This document shows positions 1-8,864 of a DNA stretch of 64,000 nt, piece by piece (positions within the stretch are counted from its first letter, which is position 1; each line of letters opens with the position of its first letter). This DNA is from Planctomycetota bacterium (GTDB lineage Bacteria; Planctomycetota; Phycisphaerae; Phycisphaerales; SM1A02). Made by a program: the position numbers and the translations under genes. The stretch covers positions 610-64,609 of the forward strand of contig VGXR01000009.1 in assembly GCA_016873255.1 (NCBI GenBank), read 5' to 3'. Under the pieces are notes generated by a model, which saw nothing but the letters and a program-made list of their open reading frames with translations, searched no databases and was not told the DNA's origin.

Positions 1-778
1 CGCCGCCGCCCGTGCGCGCGAACTCCGCGGTGCGGCGTGCGAGCTCGCCCTCGTAGAAGTCGCGCCCGCGGCTTGCGCCGATCGTCTGCAGCGTGCGCGC
101 GTGGTCGGGGAGGCGCATCACCTCGCCCGCACGCGGGGCGCGGCCGTCGATGGTGAAGGTGCGCCGCCACTCGGGGTCTGCAGCCAGCGCGGCGGTGGCG
201 CGGTCCCAGAGCCGCGCGGTCTGCACGGCCACGGGGTAGCCGTGCGTGGCGTAGTGGACTGCCGGGTCCATCAGTTCCGCAAAGGGCAGCGTTCCGAAGC
301 GCGCGTGCAGGTCGGCCCACAGCGCCACCTGGCCGGGCACCGTCACCGCGCCCCAGCCGCGCGTGGGCATGGTGCGCCCCGTGTACGCGGCGCGGTCGAG
401 CGCCGCGGGCGTGCGCCCCGATCCGTTCAGGCCATGGAGCCGGCCGCCATGCCACACCAGCGCGAACGCATCGCCGCCGATCCCGTTGGTGGTGGGTTCC
501 AGCACCGTCATGCACGCGGCCGCGGCGATGGCCGCGTCCACCGCGCTGCCGCCGCACGCCAGCACTTCCAGCCCGGCCTGCGATGCCAGCTGCTGGCTGG
601 TGCACACCATGCCGCGGCGCGCGAAGGTGGGCATGCGCTGCGAGGGGTAGGGCAGGTCCCAGCCGGGTTCGGGCGGCGCGAAGTCGTGCATGGCGAAGGC
701 CTTGGTGTTGAGCACCGCCGCCCCGGCGGCGAGCGACGCCCAGCCGAGGAACTCGCGGCGCGTGACAGGCAGCGGCAT
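1..778 (-). CDS. ggt: gamma-glutamyltransferase, N-terminal part (gene runs off the window start)
   Basis: Not in the ORF track because it is open at the window edge. Reverse translation from ATG at 778 gives MPLPVTRREFLGWASLAAGAAV (TAT-like signal). It continues GMVCTSQQLASQAGLEVLACGGSAVDAAIAAAACMTVLEPTTNGIGGDAFALVW, the conserved GGT N-terminal block. Confidence 0.8.
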   Translation of the reverse strand, partial: MPLPVTRREFLGWASLAAGAAVLNTKAFAMHDFAPPEPGWDLPYPSQRMPTFARRGMVCTSQQLASQAGLEVLACGGSAVDAAIAAAACMTVLEPTTNGIGGDAFALVWHGGRLHGLNGSGRTPAALDRAAYTGRTMPTRGWGAVTVPGQVALWADLHARFGTLPFAELMDPAVHYATHGYPVAVQTARLWDRATAALAADPEWRRTFTIDGRAPRAGEVMRLPDHARTLQTIGASRGRDFYEGELARRTAEFARTGGG

Positions 779-808
779 GCGGGGAGGGTAGGGGAAGGGT
801 GGGGCGGG

Positions 809-878
809 GCGGCGCTGGTAGGGCGGCGCTGGTAGGGCGGCGCTGGTAGGGCGGCGCTGGGCGGGGCAGCGCTGGGCG
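809..878. repeat. 14-bp tandem repeat GCGGCGCTGGTAGG (3 perfect + 2 degenerate units)
   Basis: Read directly: perfect units at 809-822, 823-836 and 837-850, then variants GCGGCGCTGGGCGG and GGCAGCGCTGGGCG. Lies between the ggt start and the stop of the 897..1967 gene. Confidence 0.9.
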
Positions 879-896
879 GATCCTGCCCTCCGCCGC

Positions 897-1967
897 TCAG
901 AGGTCCGACTTGCGCTTCTGCACCTCTCGCGCCAGCCGCTCCACCATGCGCTCGAGCCGCGCGATGCGCGAGGCCTCGTCGTCGCCGGAGAGGTCGGGGC
1001 GGGAATCGGCGCGGATTTCGGCGCGGGATTGCGGCATCTGGGCGTAGTTGCGCGTGGCGCGCATCCGGCGCTCCTCCATCTCCTGGCGCTCAAGCATCAT
1101 GCGACGCTCGCGCATGTCGGGGCTCTCTCCCGATTCGTACTCAGGCGCGAACGACGAGCCCTGGCTGCCGCTGGCCCGTTCGCCTTGCTGCTCGAGCCAC
1201 CGTCGCCACGCGTAGGGGTCGAATTCGTAGCGGCGCGGCGGGCGGCCGGGCCGATCGGACCCGCCGGACTCGCGTGAACCGGTCGCCTCGCGCAGCACGT
1301 TGCTGAGGACGAGCTTCTCCAGGCGGCGCCGGAAGTTGCTGCCTGATTCCATGGCATGCGGCGGGAGTTCGAGCGTTGCCGCGATCGCCTCCTGCAGTTC
1401 GCCGAGCGTGAACTGCGCGGGGAGCAGCCCGATCACCGCAGGCAGTCTTGCCACGGACAGGGGATCGTCAGGGAGATGGTCCTCGCTCAGTGCCCCCAGG
1501 CGCGCGGCATCGCCCACGACGCGCTGCGCGAACGGGTCCAAGGCGAAGGCCGCGCGCACGGAGGCCATCACGTGGCGCCCGAAGCCTCGGTCGCCGAGCT
1601 CACGCCCGAGTCCGGAAAGCGCCTCGCGTGGGTCGCGCAGCTCCATTGCCGGTCGCGGTGCCTGTCCTTGTGCGCCGCGCGCGTGGCGGCGCAGGCGCGC
1701 GGTGGCCCACACGGGTATTGCCAGGCGCCGGCTTTCCATGGGGCGGGGCAGCAGGGGGTGGATGCGCGAGGTGAGTTCCGCATCGCGCAGCTGGCGCTCG
1801 ATCAGCTGGGCGATCCAGCCGCCGGCATCGCCGCTCTGGGTGGCCGGCTCAAACTGGCTTGGGTCGATCATCCACGGGGTGACATTCACCATCTGCAGTT
1901 GCCCCTGACCCTCGGGGAGGATGAAGACGACGGGAACGATGCTCGCGGGGATGGAGATGAGGCCCAT
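897..1967 (-). CDS. hypothetical protein, possible NrtR-like winged-helix domain plus Arg/Glu-rich C-terminal tail
   Basis: 356-aa ORF in the track. The block FTLGELQEAIAATLE...NFRRRLEKLVLSNVLREATG...RPGRPPRRYEF resembles the C-terminal wHTH domain of Nudix-related NrtR regulators. The assignment is by eye only. The tail ERRMMLERQEMEERRMRA...RIARLERMVERLAREVQKRK looks like a coiled coil. Confidence 0.55.
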   Translation of the reverse strand: MGLISIPASIVPVVFILPEGQGQLQMVNVTPWMIDPSQFEPATQSGDAGGWIAQLIERQLRDAELTSRIHPLLPRPMESRRLAIPVWATARLRRHARGAQGQAPRPAMELRDPREALSGLGRELGDRGFGRHVMASVRAAFALDPFAQRVVGDAARLGALSEDHLPDDPLSVARLPAVIGLLPAQFTLGELQEAIAATLELPPHAMESGSNFRRRLEKLVLSNVLREATGSRESGGSDRPGRPPRRYEFDPYAWRRWLEQQGERASGSQGSSFAPEYESGESPDMRERRMMLERQEMEERRMRATRNYAQMPQSRAEIRADSRPDLSGDDEASRIARLERMVERLAREVQKRKSDL

Positions 1968-2013
1968 GGCTGAAGTCTCAAGTGCTTGATCGGCAGGCGG
2001 TTGGAGAAGACTA

Positions 2014-2043
2014 GCGACAATTTGTGGATTTCGCGAGTATAAT
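2014..2043 (+). promoter_or_regulatory. sigma70-like promoter candidate (-35 GCGACA, 18-nt spacer, -10 TATAAT) in the lowest-GC stretch of the window
   Basis: TATAAT at 2038-2043 and GCGACA at 2014-2019. It sits in the AT-rich divergent intergenic region 1968-2163, upstream of the vWA gene. That gene has an AAGGAG Shine-Dalgarno at 2150-2155. Confidence 0.4.
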
Positions 2044-2163
2044 ACTTGTCAGAAGAAAGAATAAGTGCTAAACTCCTCCCGTTGCCTTTCCAAACGGGTG
2101 ACGGGGGCCGGCCTTCCGGGCCGGCCTCCGCATCCCCAACTTCAAGACAAAGGAGTCCTTCCG

Positions 2164-2880
2164 ATGGTGGCAGAAAACTTGAACGCCGGTCCCCGCGTCG
2201 CATCCCCGCAGCCTGAGTCCCGCGCCCACATCTCGGTCGTCCTCGACCGCACGGGCAGCATGGAGCCGATCCGCGAAGACACCATCGGCGGCTTCAACTC
2301 GTTCCTCGCTGAGCAGCAGGCGCAGCCGGGTGCGACGACGCTCTCGCTCGTCCAGTTCGACTCGCAGGCGCCGTTCGAGGTGCTGCAGGCGTTCACGCCG
2401 GTCGCCGCCGTGCCGGCGCTCACCCGCGAGACCTATGTCCCCCGCGGCGGCACGCCGCTCTTCGATGCCATCGGCCGCGGCATCATCGACCTCGATGCGC
2501 GGCTTGCGGCGATGCCGGAAGGGGAGCGACCGTCGCGGATCGTGTTCGTGATCGTCACTGACGGGCAGGAGAACGCAAGCCGCGAGTTCACCGGCGACCA
2601 GGTGCGCGGCATGATTGCCTCGCATCGCCAGGCCGGGTGGCAGTTCGTGTTCCTGAGCGCCGACGAAAACGCCATCCGCAACGGCCGGTCCGTGAACGTC
2701 GATGAGGACTTCTCGTACGCCGTGGCCAAGACCGCCCGCGGCAGCCAGGACCTCTGGCGCTCGGTGGGCAGCCGCACCGCGCTGTACAGCCGCAGCGCCG
2801 CCCCCGACATGAACCTCGCCGACGAGAAGGCAGCGCGCCTGCGCGAACTCGAGGAGGAGCGCCGCCAGCGGGGTGAGTGA
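2164..2880 (+). CDS. von Willebrand factor type A (vWA) domain protein
   Basis: ORF 2065..2880, trimmed to ATG 2164, which lies 8 nt after AAGGAG. MIDAS-type motif VVLDRTGSM, later TPLFDAIG and VIVTDGQENAS, all typical of vWA domains. Confidence 0.75.
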   Translation: MVAENLNAGPRVASPQPESRAHISVVLDRTGSMEPIREDTIGGFNSFLAEQQAQPGATTLSLVQFDSQAPFEVLQAFTPVAAVPALTRETYVPRGGTPLFDAIGRGIIDLDARLAAMPEGERPSRIVFVIVTDGQENASREFTGDQVRGMIASHRQAGWQFVFLSADENAIRNGRSVNVDEDFSYAVAKTARGSQDLWRSVGSRTALYSRSAAPDMNLADEKAARLRELEEERRQRGE

Positions 2881-3040
2881 GCGGCGTGTCCGCTGGGTGC
2901 GCGATGCGGCGGCGGACCAGTGGTTGCCGCCGCATCGCCATTTTCGCGAACCTCGCGCGCCCCGCCCCGTAGGACGGGAACTGCGTGCGGGACATCGTGT
3001 CCCCCGCCGTTCGTGCACCACACCATTCGGAGATTCGCTC

Positions 3041-5008
3041 ATGTGTCAGAGCAGCCAGGCTGTCACTTCGTCCTTGGTCGCCGCCGTCCTGTCCGCGTCC
3101 GCGGCCATCCCCGCGAGCGCAGGCGTCGTGACCGTCGTTCCAAACCTCGCGTCGGCGGACGATTCGGGTCGATTCATCCAGTACGTCGAGGAGTACTCGC
3201 CGGCGACGGTGCGCTACTGCCTCGCGGAAGGGCTGGCCTCGCGCTATGGAAGCGCAGTGGCCTCGTCGCTCGACCGCACCCTGCAGCGGCTGACGGTCGC
3301 CGCTTCCCAGCCGGGCATCTACGCGAACGGCTGCTCGCCGTTCAGCCACGAGGTCGTGGTCAACACCTACAGCGTCGGGGTCGATGCTCCTTCGGCGGCC
3401 GTGCTGGTGGACCCGGAGCCGACCGAGCCGGTGTCGGTCTTCGGAGCGTCGGTAGCCGTTCTTGCTGACGGTGGTCCAAGGCCGGGAAGCAGCGCACAGG
3501 AGCGCGTGCTGGCCGTCGGTGACCCCTACTGCTCGCAAGGCACCCCGGGCGGCATGAGCGGCGGCGGGAGCGGTGGCGGTGGCGGTGCGGAACAGCGGGG
3601 AAAGATCTTCGTGTTCGACCTCACGAAGGGCGGTCCGCGAGCTGAGCCGGACACCTGCTCGACGGGTGTCGCGAGCCTGGCGGCTCCGTACTCGGCGATC
3701 GTCGGCCCGGCCGGCGACCAGAATTTCGGCGGACAGGTTCGCATGAGCCGGCACCTGTCCAACAGCGCACTCTCTCGGGGACAGCCGCTCCTCGGCGCGT
3801 CGCACGGCGTCGCGACCGGCGGTTGGTCGCACCTCTCGCTGTACAAGGTCCTGCCTGCATCGCTCGCAGGAGGCGCGGGCGCAACGCCGCTCCAGGTGCT
3901 GAACCTCCAGACTGCTGCCGGGAACTCGGTTCCGGCGGGATGGACACGCGCCGGGAAGGACTTCGCCATGGAGAACGACCTGCTGGTCGTGGCCAGCGTG
4001 CTCACGCCGACCGCCGGCGCTGCGCCCGGCACCTGTGCGGAGGCGCTGCCCATTCACGAGGTGCTGGTGTTCCGCAGGGTCGGTGAGTTGTTCCAGCTCC
4101 AGCAGCGGTTCGAGAGTCGCGGCATGCCAGCGCTCGGGCCCTCCTTGGAGGTGGATCCCTGCCAGGCCGTGGCCTTCGCGCCGCACCTCCGAAAGGTGTC
4201 GGTTGACATCGAGGGCAATCGCATCGTCGTCGGCATGCCGTGGTCCGAGGGCCTGAGCATGGGCCGCATCGCGACCTTCGGGTTCGCAGACGGGGCATGG
4301 CAGCCGGAGCTGGTTCTCGACGCACCCGCTGGCACCAGCGAGTTCGGCAAGCTCGTGGCGCTCGGCGATGGTTCGCACTTGGCCTTCAGCGTCAAGAGCA
4401 ACCACCGTGATCCGTCGCAGGACGGACCGTGCTGGTACTCGAGCGTGGTTGTCGGAAAGGGGAATAGCCCCAGCGTCGAGTGTCCGGATCAGTCGTGCCT
4501 CATCTGGCTGGGCGAGGCTCGGGCGGTGTCCGAGGACATGATCCTGGTGGACCTTGGCAAAATGCTTTCTGGGAACAACCAGACGTTCGCCGTGCGTCGG
4601 TCCGGCGGCACGGAGAGCTCCACCTGGTCGGGCCTCGCCTTCTCCGGGCCGCAACTGGTGGCCGCATCCGACGAAGCCAAGATCTACGGTCCCGATGGCT
4701 GCAAGCACCCCTGTGCCGCGGGCGGCGGCCTCGATGGTGTCGCTCGCGGAGCCATCGTGATGCACAGCACGCTGCCGGGCGGATGCGGCTCGACGCAGGA
4801 CCTGAATGGCGACACCGTCGTCGACGCCGCCGACATGGGAATACTGCTGGCCGCATTCGGCGTCTCGACGGACTGCAGGGTTGATTTCAATCGTGACGGC
4901 GCCGTGGATTCATTGGACCTCGGGATCCTGCTCGGGGCATGGGGCGTGTCCAGTATGCGCCGCACTTCCGAGGAGTTCCAGAGCCCGTTCTGCTTCCCGA
5001 ACCCCTGA
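3041..5008 (+). CDS. secreted protein with C-terminal dockerin/EF-hand-like repeats
   Basis: ORF 2873..5008, start moved to ATG 3041. This gives the signal-like MCQSSQAVTSSLVAAVLSASAAIPASAG. The C-terminus carries DLNGDTVVDAADMGILLAAFG and DFNRDGAVDSLDLGILLGAWG. Confidence 0.65.
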   Translation: MCQSSQAVTSSLVAAVLSASAAIPASAGVVTVVPNLASADDSGRFIQYVEEYSPATVRYCLAEGLASRYGSAVASSLDRTLQRLTVAASQPGIYANGCSPFSHEVVVNTYSVGVDAPSAAVLVDPEPTEPVSVFGASVAVLADGGPRPGSSAQERVLAVGDPYCSQGTPGGMSGGGSGGGGGAEQRGKIFVFDLTKGGPRAEPDTCSTGVASLAAPYSAIVGPAGDQNFGGQVRMSRHLSNSALSRGQPLLGASHGVATGGWSHLSLYKVLPASLAGGAGATPLQVLNLQTAAGNSVPAGWTRAGKDFAMENDLLVVASVLTPTAGAAPGTCAEALPIHEVLVFRRVGELFQLQQRFESRGMPALGPSLEVDPCQAVAFAPHLRKVSVDIEGNRIVVGMPWSEGLSMGRIATFGFADGAWQPELVLDAPAGTSEFGKLVALGDGSHLAFSVKSNHRDPSQDGPCWYSSVVVGKGNSPSVECPDQSCLIWLGEARAVSEDMILVDLGKMLSGNNQTFAVRRSGGTESSTWSGLAFSGPQLVAASDEAKIYGPDGCKHPCAAGGGLDGVARGAIVMHSTLPGGCGSTQDLNGDTVVDAADMGILLAAFGVSTDCRVDFNRDGAVDSLDLGILLGAWGVSSMRRTSEEFQSPFCFPNP

Positions 5009-5041
5009 CTCCGCGCCAGCAGGGCCGACCTGTCGAGGGCG

Positions 5042-5073
5042 TCCGCCGACGGTGAATGGTCACCGTCGGCGGA
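5042..5073 (+). terminator. intrinsic terminator-like hairpin (14-bp perfect stem, 4-nt loop, then ACCCATTTTGG)
   Basis: TCCGCCGACGGTGA-ATGG-TCACCGTCGGCGGA read directly, 34 nt after the stop at 5008. A second 9-bp hairpin AATGAAGCA-CC-TGCTTCATT lies at 5122-5141. Confidence 0.7.
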
Positions 5074-5375
5074 ACCCATTTTGGAAGCGGTCGCTGACGG
5101 ACCGGCGCGGCGGGGGACACGAATGAAGCACCTGCTTCATTGACCTTCCGGCATCCTGGGTTACACTTCTCTCAAGCATCAAGATCCCCGCCGCCTCTCA
5201 GGCGGGACGCAACCGAGCACGCCGCGTGGCGCGCCACGGTGCGGAGGAACCCCGGCGGTCCTTCACTGGGCCCACGGGCATGCGGCGCGAACGCGCAAAC
5301 TCCGGCTCCGGCCGGCGCTGCCTGTGTTCCTGTGGACCCGCGGGGGACCTCGGTCGCTTTCCGAAGGATCGCGAG

Positions 5376-6233
5376 ATGTCCGTTTCAAAGTCCGCAGCCG
5401 TTCAGCCCGTTTCGCCGCACCCTGTCGAGGACGATCCGCTTCACGGCGTCGAGAGCCAGTTCCCGTTCATCGGCGTCGGCTCGAGGTTCCGCCAGCCGGT
5501 TCGCCCACTGGCGGCGCGCCCGCGCTGGGAGCGCCGGCCGCTTGCGCCCGGCCGCGATCCGAGACGCGCGGCCGCAGACCCGGCCACCGCGGTCGAGACG
5601 CTGCTCTCCCTGTTCGCGGAGTTCCCGTGCGAGGTGCTCGCGAACCCCGCCTGGCAGCTTGCGGCGGTGGCGGACTCGTCGCTGGTCGAGGCGCTCTCCG
5701 ATGACGACCTCGCGCGCGCGTGCCCGCACGCGATCCGCGAGGAGGCGTTTGTCGGACTCCTGCGTGACCGCTTGGGGCGAAGCAACAATTCGGTGTGGAA
5801 CGCGGTCGACGTGATGGTCGAACTGGCCGATACGCCGCGCGACATCCTTGACGCCATCTACGCGCGGTGGACGGTGTTGGGATTCCGCGACACCAGCAAG
5901 GCGTTCCGCACGCTGACCTTCCGGCTTGCAAGCCCCGAGTCCACCGTCGCCCTCTGGCGGTCGGGCCTGCAGATCGAGCGCGAGCGGCTGGCTGCCGACT
6001 CCTTGCACAAGGTGACCAACCAGCGACGGCTGCAGCGGTCCCGGATGACGGTGGAGATCGACCTTCGGGTGCTGGCCGGCTGCGTCACCTCGCACCACCT
6101 GATCGACCGAGTGCTTGCGGCATCGCACCCGGGCTCGCGGCTGGCGTGGGTGGAGAAGCTCGCGCACGACCCCCACTGGATGGTGCGCGGCGCCGCGTGC
6201 GAGGCGCTTGCCACGCGGAAGGCGGCGGGGTGA
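5376..6233 (+). CDS. hypothetical protein, HEAT/LRV-like repeats (paralog 1)
   Basis: ORF 5226..6233, trimmed to ATG 5376 (MSVSKS). Contains EFPCEVLANPAWQLAAVADSSLVEAL and a terminal HDPHWMVRGAACEAL repeat. Confidence 0.55.
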   Translation: MSVSKSAAVQPVSPHPVEDDPLHGVESQFPFIGVGSRFRQPVRPLAARPRWERRPLAPGRDPRRAAADPATAVETLLSLFAEFPCEVLANPAWQLAAVADSSLVEALSDDDLARACPHAIREEAFVGLLRDRLGRSNNSVWNAVDVMVELADTPRDILDAIYARWTVLGFRDTSKAFRTLTFRLASPESTVALWRSGLQIERERLAADSLHKVTNQRRLQRSRMTVEIDLRVLAGCVTSHHLIDRVLAASHPGSRLAWVEKLAHDPHWMVRGAACEALATRKAAG

Positions 6234-7342
6234 TGGTGCCCGCATCGGATCCGTCGATCCCCATCGAGCAGCTGGCCGAGCGGGCGAACAAGGCCCCGGG
6301 CGGGGTGCTCCGCAACCCGGCGTTCCGGCTTGCCATGATCGCCGAGCCGGGCTTCCTGCGACGCATGCCGAGCTCCGCGCTGGAGGCGCTCGCGGCATCG
6401 CCGCAGGCGGGCGACGACGTGCTTGCGGACATCGTGGAGGCGTGCATCGGCGAGGAGGTCGAGCAGGAGCGGGCGATCATGTGCCTTGCGCTCCGGGCCG
6501 ACATCCCGCGTGAATTGCTGGTGCGCCTTGGGGGCCCGCGCAGGCGGGAGCGGACGGAAGGCCACCCGATCGACCTCGTCCGGTGGCGGGCCCGCAGCCG
6601 GCGGGGGTCGCTCGATGGCTGGCGGGCCGCGGTGCTTGCGGCGATGTCCTACTGGTTGGTGCGCAAGCCGAACGTCGTGCGACGGAACGCCGTGATCCTG
6701 CCGCACGTTTCCGGTGCGCTCGTGCACAGCCGGGCCGTTCCGCTCGAGTCGCCGTTCGTGCAGGCGGCCACGGTGCTGACCACCTCGCAGCACCGCCTGC
6801 GCATGGCGGTGCATGCCCAGGGGCAGTGCCGTGCGTGGATGGAGCTTGCCGCCCGGGCCGAGGCATCCGGCAACGGATTGCGGATGCGGGACGATGACGC
6901 GTGGCGCGAGTTCGATGCGTGGCGTCAGGGCATTGACCCGCACGAGGTGGAGCGGCAGGTCGTCGGCCCGCCGTTCCACAAGCTCTACTCGACGCGCGCG
7001 ACGGATCGGGCCCGATGGAAGACGATCTCCGCCTCATGGGAGGCGGGGCATGTCATGGACCACGCGCAACGCCGCGCGCCGAGGTACGTGCGCGCCGAGC
7101 GCGTGTCGGAGCGGCATGCCGTCAAGCTTGCGGTGCGGGCGCCCGCGTACAGCTTCGTGCACACCTTGCTCCTGAACTGCCCGCGCTGCCCGCAGGAGAT
7201 CCTCCGCCGCTGGTCGTGGTCGCGTCACTGGCCGCTCCGTGCCATGGTGGCCGCCAACCCGTCGACCGCCGCCCACGAACGCGACCGGCTGCGCCGCGAC
7301 CCGAACTGGATCGTGCGGGGGGCGGCGGACAGCGTTCCCTGA
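6233..7342 (+). CDS. hypothetical protein, HEAT/LRV-like repeats (paralog 2)
   Basis: In frame with ORF 5867..7342. ATG 6233 overlaps the upstream TGA (TGATG). Contains GVLRNPAFRLAMIAEPGFLRRM and a terminal RDPNWIVRGAADS, the same architecture as the upstream gene. Confidence 0.55.
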   Translation: MVPASDPSIPIEQLAERANKAPGGVLRNPAFRLAMIAEPGFLRRMPSSALEALAASPQAGDDVLADIVEACIGEEVEQERAIMCLALRADIPRELLVRLGGPRRRERTEGHPIDLVRWRARSRRGSLDGWRAAVLAAMSYWLVRKPNVVRRNAVILPHVSGALVHSRAVPLESPFVQAATVLTTSQHRLRMAVHAQGQCRAWMELAARAEASGNGLRMRDDDAWREFDAWRQGIDPHEVERQVVGPPFHKLYSTRATDRARWKTISASWEAGHVMDHAQRRAPRYVRAERVSERHAVKLAVRAPAYSFVHTLLLNCPRCPQEILRRWSWSRHWPLRAMVAANPSTAAHERDRLRRDPNWIVRGAADSVP

Positions 7343-7345
7343 CCC

Positions 7346-8203
7346 TTACCGCCGCTCCGCGATGATCTCGAGCACCGTCGGCGCCGTGAAGAACGCACCC
7401 GACGCGGGGCCGGCGCGCTCGGCGTCGGCCACCTCGGCGAGCAGCGCGTCGGCCCAGGCCTGGTCGGCGTGGCCGAGCTGCACGAGCCGCGGTGCGAAGG
7501 TGCGGATGAAACCCGCGGGCCAGTGCCAGAGCGGCTCGCCGGGGCGCGCGGTGCGCGCGATCGGGGCAAGGCGCGTGATGGACAGCCCCGCATCCGCGAG
7601 CATCGCGGGCAGGCGGCGGCCGATGTTGGCGTCGCCGCCGTCCTGCAGGTAGCTCGCCGCGGCCAGGCGCACGAACTCCTCGGTGCGCGCTCCGTGCGGG
7701 TGCAGTGCATAGGTGCGGTAGTCGACGTACTCGTGGAAGATGGCGCGGCCGCCGGGTGCCAGCGCGTCGCGCACCGCGCGAACCAGCATGGCGGGGTCGC
7801 GCACGAACATGGCCACCCAGCGGCACCAGGTGATGTCGAAGCGGCCGTGCAGGTCGGCCGGGAGCGGCGCGGCCATCAGGTCGTGGACGCGCAGGTCGGC
7901 GTTGGGGTGCCCGCGCGCGGCCAGGCGGGCGCGGGCCTGCTCGATGAAGCGCGGCGCGCAATCGATGCCTCATGCCGGCATGTGCGGTCCGTGGCGCGCG
8001 ACGAGCGATTCGAGCATCAGGCCTGGCCCGCAGCCAAGATCGAGGACCCGCATGTCACTCCCCATGCCGGCATGGTCAAATGCGGAGAGAGCGAGCGCTT
8101 CCCAGAGCGAATGCTGGCATTCAAGCCGGGCTCGCTCGTCGTCGTGGGTGCCGAGGACGTAGTCCTGGGGCAGGGAAGGGGCGGTCCGGTCCGCGGCGGG
8201 CAT
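7346..8203 (-). pseudogene. class I SAM-dependent methyltransferase interrupted by one in-frame TGA (7970-7972)
   Basis: ORF 7970..8203 (VLDLGCGPGLMLESLVARHGPHMPA*) and ORF 7346..7876 are in the same frame. The 93 nt between them read GIDCAPRFIEQARARLAARGHPNADLRVHDL. Together these reconstitute the canonical motif I / post-I (GxGxG ... GID) of a methyltransferase. Confidence 0.75.
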
Positions 8204-8274
8204 TGCGGAAAAAGTGTACGGAAACGGTGCGCACGACCGGTGCGGATGAAGCGATTGCTTCCTCGCGTGCGTGC

Positions 8275-8808
8275 ATGATTCCTCCCGTCATGCATCACTT
8301 CCGGAAACACAATTCAATCGTCTCCACCCTCTCGCACCTTCGCGCGGCGGCGCTTGCCTGCGGCGCGGCCGCGGTTCTCGTGCCGCTTGCCGCAGCTCCG
8401 CGTGCGCGCGCGGACCTGCTCGTTGACCTCGGGTCCACGGTGTTCTGGAACGGAGGCTTCGCGGCCGACACGGGCGGGACCTGGTTCGGCCAGGGCTGGG
8501 ATCGATTTCCCGGCGTCAGCCCGCCGTGGAACCCCGTGGGCGGCGGAGCCTGCCGCGGGCTCGGCGACGGGTGGGGCGACGGATGGGGCGACGGATTCGG
8601 GAGCGGGTTCGGACGCGGCCTCGGCGGCGGGCTGAACGGCGGTTTCGGGATCGACCGCTCCTACTGCGCTCCCTCCGCACGCCCGATGCCCATGCCCGAG
8701 GTGCGCGTCATCGTGGTGCCCATCCGCGAGCCCCGGCTCGTGCGTCCGCTGTCGCTGTCAATTAATGGAGAGGATGTGCCGCTGCAGGGGACCGGGTGGT
8801 CGTGGTGA
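8275..8808 (+). CDS. small secreted Gly/Trp-rich hypothetical protein
   Basis: In frame with ORF 7972..8808, start at ATG 8275. Signal-like AAALACGAAAVLVPLAAAPRARA, then GLGDGWGDGWGDGFGSGFGRGLGGGLNGGFG. Confidence 0.5.
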   Translation: MIPPVMHHFRKHNSIVSTLSHLRAAALACGAAAVLVPLAAAPRARADLLVDLGSTVFWNGGFAADTGGTWFGQGWDRFPGVSPPWNPVGGGACRGLGDGWGDGWGDGFGSGFGRGLGGGLNGGFGIDRSYCAPSARPMPMPEVRVIVVPIREPRLVRPLSLSINGEDVPLQGTGWSW

Positions 8809-8864
8809 CCCTGTGACACGGCAACGGTGCGGCCGGTCGACCGCATGTCGCTCGCCCCGCGCGC

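Noticed and set aside
2588-4765. Very long ORFs antisense or out of frame to recognised genes. Examples: 2588..4765 (-), 13884..15848 (-), 27647..30640 (+), 39834..41666 (-), 45392..48481 (-) and 42828..44876 (-).
   Set aside because: Their translations are Arg/Ala/Gly/Pro-rich with no recognisable motifs. They overlap genes with clear homology (ligA, pckA, mutL, nadE and others). Long spurious ORFs are expected at this GC content because stop codons are AT-rich.
7970-7972. Selenocysteine or genetic-code reassignment as the explanation for the in-frame TGA.
   Set aside because: TGA is clearly used as the normal stop for most genes in the window. The position is not a known redox site of methyltransferases. 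I could not see a convincing SECIS-like hairpin immediately downstream. It is kept only as a low-probability alternative in the finding.
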